From the IMG/VR virus record IMGVR_UViG_3300021963_000022: DNA of 64,000 bases. One strand, 5' to 3'. The notes beneath the pieces are model-generated. The model had not been told where the DNA came from. It saw only the letters and a program-made list of their open reading frames with translations, and made no database searches. Position numbers and translations under genes: made by a program. The stretch comes from a virus (lineage: Duplodnaviria; Caudoviricetes). Of this stretch, positions 57,301 to 64,000 are shown piece by piece (positions within the stretch are counted from its first letter, which is position 1; each line of letters opens with the position of its first letter).

Positions 57301-60300
57301 GAGTGTTAAACAATATCGCTGTACTACCTACTGTAGATGACATCAGTGTTAAGAGTTTACCTGATGCGGGCTATGTAAACTTTGATGACGTAAAAATTCA
57401 CAGTTATAATTTCAATGGTTTATATCGTGCTAATCAACCTATTGAAAAATTATACAATGGTGACTATATTTGGTTAGCTGATTATAAAGGTAACTGGAAT
57501 GTATACACACCTGTACCATTAAGCACGTTAACCAAACAAGGTATAGTATTAATATCAGTTGAAAACAATCTTACAGGTACAGCAACATTAACATTTAATA
57601 AGGCGCACGGTCTATCTAAGAATGATTTGATTGGTGTAATTAATTTCAATGAAGACATTGATGGTTATTATAATGTAGATAAAATTATTAGCGAAACCAG
57701 TATATCAATTACAGTTACTTTGCAAGGTGCTACATTAAAACTTAGAGGTAGCGGAGTAGTATTTAAGTTAGTAACACATCGTGTAGACACACCTAGTGAC
57801 ACAACTTCTTTACCTATCTTAGGACAAGAATTTGAAAAGTTTAAAGTTTGGGCAGATCAAAACTCAGATGGTAACTGGGCTGTATATGAAAGAGATGACA
57901 GATATAAATACGAGGATTTTAATAAACCATTCTTTACTACTAATTTTGGTAGTTCTGCTGTATATGTACCTGAATTAGGTTACTTAATTGGCGATACCGG
58001 TGAAGGTAAAGTTTATCTTTATACATATAATCCTATTGCAAAACAATATTTAAACACTTTAGAGATTGATGAAGGTAGTAATTTTGGTAGTTCAATGGAA
58101 ACTGCTGGTAACACTGTAGTAGTTGCTAAGACTACAAGTGCATCCAGTGATATTTATGTATATTCTGTAGTTACTGAATATGGTATCAACCAAATTATAG
58201 GACAGCAAGTAATATCGTTAGGTGGATATTGTGGCTACAGTATGGCTTTATCCGGTGATACAGATTGGTTATACATATCTGACAATACAAATAATAAAGT
58301 TTATATCTATCAATTAGATGCAGACTATACTCGCACTAACACAACTTACCCGCTAGATGGTAATGTTACTGCAGGATCTAATACATTTGTAGTTAATGGT
58401 AATAGAACTTCTACGTTTGTATCAGGTACTAAAGTTTCTTTCTCTAGTGCTGACTATTCACCTGTATATACTATTATTTCGTCTAAATGGGATATCGTAC
58501 TCAACAAGACTACAATAACATTGGGTAAAGAAATTCAAACTAACATTATTACTGCAACTGCTACATATATTGCTACTACTAATTACACTAGTTGCGGTTA
58601 TATAGATTTACCTGACTCATCTGCTGATGACAATTTTGGTAGTCAAGTAACAACAAACCATGATGGCTCTATGGTATTCATTAATTCTCCTAACAGAGAA
58701 TATGATGGTGAATATGAAACATGGGCACCTAGTACAACTTATACTGCAGGAACTGTTTTGTTAAACAGTGGTACGTACTATAAAGTACTTGCAGACGCAC
58801 CGGGTGCATTGACATTCTCTCTTATAGCTAGTTATGTAAGCGAACTAAAAGACATTGGTTACGTGTATGCATTTGAGAGATTAACTCAAACTTACGAACA
58901 ACAGTATAATGCATTACCGTTAGTACCCACATTGTTCACAACAATATGGTCTTCATCTACATTACACCCTACGCCATTCTTATACCTTAACGGTGTAAAA
59001 CTAATTGATGGTGCAGACTATGCAATTGTAACAGATACAGTCACAGTTGATACACAAGTTAATGCAGGTGATATCATAACTGTGTCAAGCTCTGAGTTCG
59101 TACTTAAACAAGTACTATCATACTATGATACTATTTCAGACTCACAAAACAATACTGAATTTGGATATGGATTAGATACAAACAAATACGGTAATGAAGT
59201 ATTAGGTGGATCACCGTACATTATTAATAGCGACGGTCAAGAAGGCGCAGTCTTTAGATTTACTGATGGTGGTAAAAAATACGGGATGATTATAGGAACA
59301 ACGAATGCATCATTATCATCACCTACACCAATACTAATCAATGGCTTTGAAGTAACAGTTTCTGGAACGGCAGCAGAAATTGCAACAACAATTAACAACA
59401 CGCATATTAATAATGTAGTTGCATATAATTCAAATGGTATATTAGTAATAGGTTTGCGTGATGTAAGTTTGAATCCGATTGGTAACAAACTGTCAATTAC
59501 TGTAACTGATAAGACTATATTGGAAGAGTTAGGTATAGCACCATATACAAAAACTCAACGTATTGAAGAAATTTATAGTGGTACTAGAACACAATTTGGT
59601 GCTGCAATTAGATGTAATGAGTTGAGTAGTTTTGTAGTAAGTGCTCCTGTAACAACACGCCGTGCTATTACTAGATTTGATTACATTGATGACAATCAAA
59701 ACAACGATACTATATTTGACAATGACTTCACTACCTTTATTGATGGGTTTGCAAACGCAGGTGCAGTCTACATGTATGACTATCTACCTAAGTATAATGA
59801 AAATATCAATAATCCAGGACAGTATGTATTTGCTCAATCATGTAATGATGTTACTGAAGACTACGGTTATGAACCTAATTATGGTCAAGCGTTGTTCTTT
59901 GGTGGTTATCGTGTATTAATCGGTACACCTAACTTTGATAGTACAGCATACAACGGACGTTTAGTAATTTACAAAAATGCAGAAAACAAAGCTGACTGGA
60001 GTGTTCATAGATCAAGTAGTCTTGTAGTTGATATTGATAAATTGCAAGGTGTTCAGTTATACAATAACTTAGATAACACAACATTGACTTCACTAGATTA
60101 TATTGATCCGTTACAGGGTAAACTATTAGGTGCAGTACGTGAAAATATTGATGTGGTTTCTAGTAGTGATCCTGCAGGCTATAACATTAATAACGTATCT
60201 ACTAATGTAGTATGGGGTGCTGGACATGTTGGAACTATCTGGCTAGATGTATCAGGTATGCGTTTTGTTAACTATCATCAAAATGATGTAGTGTACAATA

Positions 60301-63300
60301 GTGAGTATTGGGGTAAAGTGTTTACCGGCAGTGATGTAGCTGTATACTCGTGGATCGAAAGCACAGAGACTCCTGCATTCTATACTGGTACAGGAACACC
60401 GTACGATTTAGAAAAATACGCATCAACAGTAATCCTAGATAGCGCAGGTAATTTGATAGCCAAATACTATTACTGGGTAAGAGACACTGGTATAGTGTTT
60501 ACTAAGAAGGGTAAAACTTTAGCCGATGTTATATTAGAGACATATATTGAAGATCCGCAAGGATCTGGTATAAGTTATTTTGCACCGTACACACCTAACG
60601 TATTTGGTCTGTATAACGCAAGAGAGTATTTAAATACTACTAATACAAGTATTCACATTGGCTTCAGTACTGGTACCAACGATGACGTAGCACACAATGA
60701 ATATCAATTGATTCGTGAAGGTTATGCAGGTGATTTCTTAAATGGTATCCCGTCAGCAGCCAATTCGTACAGCGAACCTACAAGCTTGTACAATCGATTA
60801 CTAGACAGCATGGCTGGTTTAGATGAAGCAGGTTTATTAGTACCTAATCCATACTTACCAAAGTTATTGCAACGTGGTATTTCAAGCAGACCATCACAAA
60901 GTTTCTTTGTTGATAGATTCACTGCACTTAAGAATTATCTAACTTACGCAAATGAAGTTATGGCATCATTCCCGATCGTAGAATCTAAAAGCCCTACATT
61001 CTTAACTAAAGTTGGTGCTGTTAATCCTAGTAACGATCTACCTTTCTATGATACTAGTAATGTTTGGGAGTATGTTGATTGGTGGGCAGTTGGTTATGAC
61101 AATAACACTAAGACAGCATTTGACGTACCTAAATACTATAACTTAGCTGAGTTAAACCCGGTTGAAGGTTTATTAGTAGGAGTTGAAACTAACAGTGACG
61201 GTAAACGTGAAGTATATATATATCAAAATAGTACATGGAACCGTATTGGATTACAAGACGGTACTATTCAGTTTAAGAGTATACTATGGGACTATGGATC
61301 AAATAGACTTGGCTTTGGTAACTTCTTTGATACTACACCGTTCGATAGTTTCCCATCACAGGAAACTAGAAATGTAATTCGTGCATTGAATGAAGAAATC
61401 TATACAGATGATTTGTTGATAAACAGAAATGTTAGTTTAATTTTATTATTGAAATACATTGAAAGTGAAAACATTGAATCACAAAATTATTTACCATGGT
61501 TAAACAAAACATCGTTTATTGATGTTGCACATACAATACGTGAATTGCGTGAGTATGAAAAGTTTCAGCGTGATAACGTTGATTTCCTGTCAGGTTATAT
61601 CAACGAAGTTAAACCATACCATGTAGTAATTAAAGATTTTTACTTGAAGTATTCTGGTGTAAATGTATATCAAGGTGATATTACTGACTTTGATCTACCA
61701 TCGATGTATAACAAAGATAACGAACAATTTATAACACCAACATTAAAATTTGATTCAACGACAGGTGATGCCGAGTTCTTGCCCACAGCAAGTATATGGG
61801 ATACTCCTGAATATGCAAGTTGGTATCAAAATTATGGTTTAGTTATCACTGGACAACTCAATACCTATGTTGGTAAGATTAAGAGACAATTAACGACAGT
61901 TAGTAACACGATTTTGATTGGCAACACATTTGGATTCCCTGTACAAGGTTTAATTAGAATTGACGATGAATTGATTACATATACCGGTGTTAATAGAGAA
62001 TTAGGAATATTAACAGGCGCCTCTAGAGGTTATAATGGTACTACAGTATCTTCACATGATTACAACTCATCTGTATATATGGATATACCGGGAGTAGTTG
62101 TGTATGATACTGCGAGAGGTTATGTAGATCCTCCTATTATTAATGCAGTAATAGATACAAGTATATATCCTGCACCAAGAGTACCTGCAAGATTCCGTGC
62201 AGTTATGCAAGTGGATAAAGTTATTGGTGTAGATGTATTAAATCCAGGTGAAGGTTATGTTGTCACACCTAGACTAGAATTTCAATCTAGTATGTCAATT
62301 GATTTTACTAACTTTGATATTAACTATATAGATAGTACTATCACAATTCAATCTACTGCCTTTGTTACAGGTGATTGCTTAGAGTATAGTACAAGTAATT
62401 TTAATGTAACTGGATTGACAGAACACTCTCATTACTATATTAGAATACTTACATCTAATGTTATTGAGAGTATCATTGCGTTGTACTATACTAAGAATGA
62501 TGCAATGGTTAATTCTAATAGAGTGATTCTATTTGATTCAGGTAACACTGTTAATGCTAAATTAAGCATGACACCACGTGCTGAAGTAATTATGGGCAGA
62601 AGTGGTGTCAGAAGTATTAAACCTATATTAAAGTTTGATAGAACATCATATAGACCATTAGTAGAAGAATGGGTACCAGGTAACTTTTATGGTTCTGGAT
62701 TAAACATATTAAACTCAAGTAGTAGTGAAATGTTAGCCATAGCACAACCATATGAAGATATGCCTAAAGTTAATCGTGGAGTAACAAATGCCGCATTGTT
62801 TGTAGTTCAAAACGTATTGATGGGTAGTTATTTTGATGTTACTGAAATTACTGAACCTGGATTAGGATACAGTGTTGGTGATACTATAGTGGTACCTGGT
62901 ACTGATATGGATTCAACATGGGCTAGTCCAGGCAATGACTGTACTATTACAGTAGCAACCGTTGATATTGCAGGAGCTATTACTAGTGTTACGGTAGCCG
63001 GTTCTCCTGGTCTTGTAACTAGAAGTAGTTTACAGGGTGCATTATTTCCAATATTGGGAGTAACATCAGTGGGCGGCCAAGCTAATGTTACTTTAGATTT
63101 TAGTATATCTGGTTTAGATTCTAGTAAGTTAAAAAACTTAAACTTGTATTTCTACAATACACTACCTCCTTACACATATGATGATTCTGCCGCCGGTGGC
63201 GCAGTAATTAAAGTTTATAGACCTAAATTTACACCTAGTAAAGTGTTAAACGAATATGTTATAACTATTATTAATAATGGTGCTATATACAATGCTGGTC

Positions 63301-64000
63301 AAAAGATTACTATTTTAGGTTCAGTATTGGGCGGTGTAAATGTAGTTAATGATGCTACTATTACTATCACTAGTGTAACCAGCTTAAATGCAATTCAAAC
63401 TGCATTTGTGTCTGGTGTAGCTGTTGGTGGATTTAGGTCTTATTATGTAACACCTATTAGTAGTACAACTATAAAGATATTTAATGATATCAATATGACT
63501 ATTCCTACTCCAGTAGCAAGTTTCCCTTACACCGTAGGAGATCAAGGATTTGTTAACGATCCTGCACTAGCAACAAGTAGCTCAAGTTATAACTACACAA
63601 ACTATGTTGTTTATAAAGACAAGATATTTAAATGTGTTCAAGACACCAACAGTCGTACTTTCTTATACGATCAGTGGGAAGAAGTAGATTCTAATCTTGA
63701 GTTGTTCAATGCTTTGGATCGTATTGTTGGTTATTATCAACCAACAAGCGACATGCCTGGCAAAAACTTGCAAGGGCTTGTTAAAGGTATAACATATACT
63801 AATAATACATATTATGGTAATCAGTTCGCACCAGAAGATCAATATCCATTAGATATCAATCTAAAAGGTCAATACTTCTATCCAGCATATGTTGATATTA
63901 GAAGTATTACGTATGACGGGACACAATATGTTGCTGTGGGTGAAAATGATAGTAACTCAGTTGTATTAAAGAGTACTAATGGCACAACTTGGAGTATTGC
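51309..64000 (+). CDS. Giant baseplate/tail structural protein (gp7 position), >4230 aa, truncated by the window edge; absent from the ORF track
   Basis: ATG at 51309 gives MVSRVRTINFLPDIFKT. The same frame gives sensible protein at 55020 (EFQQIYSYGFLNWVGKNRID), 60000 (SVHRSSSLVVDIDK) and the end (VVLKSTNGTTWSI). It was spot-checked, not read codon by codon. Confidence 0.85.
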   Translation, partial: MVSRVRTINFLPDIFKTKANEQFLSATLDQLVSQPNTMKVQGYIGSKFGYGINAKDGYVVEPTKVRTDYQLEPSVVFLKKNTATAVDLLTYPGLIDALKLEGGITDQHDNLFSNQFYSWDSFTDLDKLINYNQYYWLPLGPELVTVSTNDVYSQTEFTVVPNGNYINFSADNLIVPGNNPTISLLRGGTYQFVVNQSSQFWIQGTPGLKGTDPVHTNIGTRNIYGLTNNGTSSGVMTFQVPFQSDQSYAFYPSTQSVDLLTTKSWDEINGMRVRDLGNIDGVVSLDGRTIVFYGNSPTAQGYIGEFYDEFSFDEDNPVVKPYEDGYYTDLNKNIYRISYVGDPDDPVIRVTEHATIVQLDRIKVLYGDEFAFNEVYTDALANMYIVPYLSALADTLYYQDGSNVDRVGVIKIIDAISNNQLNVNTQILGKKTFTSPNGVQFTNGLKVTFAGNIYPESYFGNEYYVEGVGTAITLLPVTNFIVPEPAGQAYYNPYSVSPYDTEAYDSASNVPLAKDYITISRNSYDRNAWSRSNRWFHVDVLRATAQYRGNEAPVVLEALNNSNFRAKRPIIEFYPNLKLYNQGSVSKGSVDFVDSVVTDPFGYDGSTPICSGATTFYPNSGTSAIPGGVKIVFTAAEDINVRNKVYLVTYSNITGSPTATPVITLTVAADGDVSANDQVVVTAGDYIGQTYHFNGTDWISGQFKERVNQAPLFDVFSSSGISFSDQEYYLGSSFRGCTLFEYALGTGSDDPQLGFPLKYSSLTNIGDITFNVTLNNQTFTYVEGSTPQSLSVDTGYVYKYIPTTATYARQLGWQTTVGESFQYQVFELIYNSGIPKFVCDVPYKDPESTPWPVTQVYVNNERLAPTAYTRTVDSQNSTIITLNTAPLPGAPVQVLIYSDIPSSVGYYEIPTNLQNNPFNTPVSNANLGDIRGHYKSICNNITTLVGAPFGANNYRDLGNLVPYGTRITQSSASLVPAAAFLRNQDFSIFNALTFNNNEYIKFKALLTDTINRTEYNRTYSDAYILDDALAQIAGTKDNSSAFFWSDMVPNGNKSASNSYTFVNFIKQSEFPLTRIYDFATANYYSVLLYVTRTTNGEVHTTQLLRGVDYDISTDAPKVIVYFDLLPNDVITIDEYSQTYGSFVPNTPSKMGLYPVSTPQVIYDTTYVTPTYFIKGHDGSLTKLYGEYTDGYLSDYRDRAYLEFEKRIFNNIKTSNVIPLTLPDIMPGEFRTTDYTYEEFQQIYSYGFLNWVGKNRIDYKTQYFDITNQYTYNYSQSINKSDYTPLKQGNWRGIYLWFYDTATPQSTPWEMLGFSEKPTWWETRYGVAPYTSDNLVLWNDLADGYVWNNGASYTIENRKRPGLLDVLPVDSSGNLVSPAISVVNAYDTNSINKNWKVGDVGPAEYGYLKSSSWPFDLMRMFALMKPAKFFALCIDVDSYEYNAEFNQYLENARLRSPLNDLPVYGNGTAVNSYVNWIVDYIQQLGMSGHDKVSDLVNNLDVRLAYRVAGFSDKDMLKFYVEKGSPNSKNNSLLIPDESYGVLLYNNQPFTKVVYSSVIIQKTINGYKVYGNSQNTAFFKTLVPKMNGNYDKYVVADVTIYVSKEYTDKTLIVPYGTEFYSVQALSEFLINYGRYLENDGMIFNNIENGIVENWEQMVAEAIYWTQSGWEAGSTVNVNPAATNLKINKESGIVQPLTFHQQNYVLNQNLIPIQVKDMSLIRNGTEFELNVLQNTDTFSYMTANISNYEHCIVFDNVTLFNDVIYNLVTGLRQERVLVKGVKSAEWNGQVDAQGFILNQDNIQEWQENIKYTKGVIVLYKNSYYTSTKIVQPSSTFNETEWVKTDYDSIQKGLLPNPSTRSYESLLYYDIHNTNLENDADLLSFSLIGYRPRDYLAVANLDDVTQVNVFINMIESMGTLGGANQLKNITVPQGQLGYDIYENWAIKTGEFGGVLNQNFIEFKLAENELTGNPGIIGVTNGIEVVEGVEQSVPLYSLTNYGRVLNNIAVLPTVDDISVKSLPDAGYVNFDDVKIHSYNFNGLYRANQPIEKLYNGDYIWLADYKGNWNVYTPVPLSTLTKQGIVLISVENNLTGTATLTFNKAHGLSKNDLIGVINFNEDIDGYYNVDKIISETSISITVTLQGATLKLRGSGVVFKLVTHRVDTPSDTTSLPILGQEFEKFKVWADQNSDGNWAVYERDDRYKYEDFNKPFFTTNFGSSAVYVPELGYLIGDTGEGKVYLYTYNPIAKQYLNTLEIDEGSNFGSSMETAGNTVVVAKTTSASSDIYVYSVVTEYGINQIIGQQVISLGGYCGYSMALSGDTDWLYISDNTNNKVYIYQLDADYTRTNTTYPLDGNVTAGSNTFVVNGNRTSTFVSGTKVSFSSADYSPVYTIISSKWDIVLNKTTITLGKEIQTNIITATATYIATTNYTSCGYIDLPDSSADDNFGSQVTTNHDGSMVFINSPNREYDGEYETWAPSTTYTAGTVLLNSGTYYKVLADAPGALTFSLIASYVSELKDIGYVYAFERLTQTYEQQYNALPLVPTLFTTIWSSSTLHPTPFLYLNGVKLIDGADYAIVTDTVTVDTQVNAGDIITVSSSEFVLKQVLSYYDTISDSQNNTEFGYGLDTNKYGNEVLGGSPYIINSDGQEGAVFRFTDGGKKYGMIIGTTNASLSSPTPILINGFEVTVSGTAAEIATTINNTHINNVVAYNSNGILVIGLRDVSLNPIGNKLSITVTDKTILEELGIAPYTKTQRIEEIYSGTRTQFGAAIRCNELSSFVVSAPVTTRRAITRFDYIDDNQNNDTIFDNDFTTFIDGFANAGAVYMYDYLPKYNENINNPGQYVFAQSCNDVTEDYGYEPNYGQALFFGGYRVLIGTPNFDSTAYNGRLVIYKNAENKADWSVHRSSSLVVDIDKLQGVQLYNNLDNTTLTSLDYIDPLQGKLLGAVRENIDVVSSSDPAGYNINNVSTNVVWGAGHVGTIWLDVSGMRFVNYHQNDVVYNSEYWGKVFTGSDVAVYSWIESTETPAFYTGTGTPYDLEKYASTVILDSAGNLIAKYYYWVRDTGIVFTKKGKTLADVILETYIEDPQGSGISYFAPYTPNVFGLYNAREYLNTTNTSIHIGFSTGTNDDVAHNEYQLIREGYAGDFLNGIPSAANSYSEPTSLYNRLLDSMAGLDEAGLLVPNPYLPKLLQRGISSRPSQSFFVDRFTALKNYLTYANEVMASFPIVESKSPTFLTKVGAVNPSNDLPFYDTSNVWEYVDWWAVGYDNNTKTAFDVPKYYNLAELNPVEGLLVGVETNSDGKREVYIYQNSTWNRIGLQDGTIQFKSILWDYGSNRLGFGNFFDTTPFDSFPSQETRNVIRALNEEIYTDDLLINRNVSLILLLKYIESENIESQNYLPWLNKTSFIDVAHTIRELREYEKFQRDNVDFLSGYINEVKPYHVVIKDFYLKYSGVNVYQGDITDFDLPSMYNKDNEQFITPTLKFDSTTGDAEFLPTASIWDTPEYASWYQNYGLVITGQLNTYVGKIKRQLTTVSNTILIGNTFGFPVQGLIRIDDELITYTGVNRELGILTGASRGYNGTTVSSHDYNSSVYMDIPGVVVYDTARGYVDPPIINAVIDTSIYPAPRVPARFRAVMQVDKVIGVDVLNPGEGYVVTPRLEFQSSMSIDFTNFDINYIDSTITIQSTAFVTGDCLEYSTSNFNVTGLTEHSHYYIRILTSNVIESIIALYYTKNDAMVNSNRVILFDSGNTVNAKLSMTPRAEVIMGRSGVRSIKPILKFDRTSYRPLVEEWVPGNFYGSGLNILNSSSSEMLAIAQPYEDMPKVNRGVTNAALFVVQNVLMGSYFDVTEITEPGLGYSVGDTIVVPGTDMDSTWASPGNDCTITVATVDIAGAITSVTVAGSPGLVTRSSLQGALFPILGVTSVGGQANVTLDFSISGLDSSKLKNLNLYFYNTLPPYTYDDSAAGGAVIKVYRPKFTPSKVLNEYVITIINNGAIYNAGQKITILGSVLGGVNVVNDATITITSVTSLNAIQTAFVSGVAVGGFRSYYVTPISSTTIKIFNDINMTIPTPVASFPYTVGDQGFVNDPALATSSSSYNYTNYVVYKDKIFKCVQDTNSRTFLYDQWEEVDSNLELFNALDRIVGYYQPTSDMPGKNLQGLVKGITYTNNTYYGNQFAPEDQYPLDINLKGQYFYPAYVDIRSITYDGTQYVAVGENDSNSVVLKSTNGTTWSI

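Noticed and set aside
25027-61377. Short overlapping ORFs inside HNH, head, gp46, hub, gp5, gp6 and the giant gene (e.g. 25027..25497, 29217..29681, 30136..30384, 45617..46036)
   Set aside because: They fully overlap well-supported genes and show no recognisable motifs.
1-64000. Stop-codon reassignment as seen in some jumbo phages
   Set aside because: Conserved genes are full length in the standard code, and coding density is near complete.

Overview
This 64-kb window comes from an AT-rich, large T4-like myophage (jumbo-type) genome and covers morphogenesis genes in the standard genetic code. From left to right it contains four blocks. (1) About 24 kb of minus-strand Asn/Thr/Gly-rich fibre and adhesin paralogues, two of which end in six-repeat kelch-like propellers with hypervariable loops. 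(2) A fatty-acid desaturase and a free-standing HNH endonuclease inserted behind the head module (gp23, gp22, gp21, acidic core protein, gp20 portal), followed by a tape-measure-like gene with a C-terminal M15-type peptidase. (3) A gp26-like/gp51-like pair joined by a probable programmed -1 frameshift, a ~500-nt non-coding structured region, a Holliday-junction resolvase, gp46/gp47 and the gp55 late sigma factor. (4) A plus-strand baseplate cluster (tube initiator, gp53, hub, gp5, gp25, gp6) and a >4,200-aa ORF running off the end. The ORF track missed two edge-truncated genes (<1..4036 minus, 51309..>64000 plus) and the gp51-like frame. The best leads are the ornate ~380-nt candidate ncRNA with adjacent GCGAAGC mini-hairpins, the TTTTTTC plus hairpin frameshift signal, the loop-diversified propeller adhesins, and the duplicated stop-plus-3'UTR-plus-terminator cassette shared by the desaturase and HNH genes. 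Product names rest on motif recognition and synteny; no searches were run.
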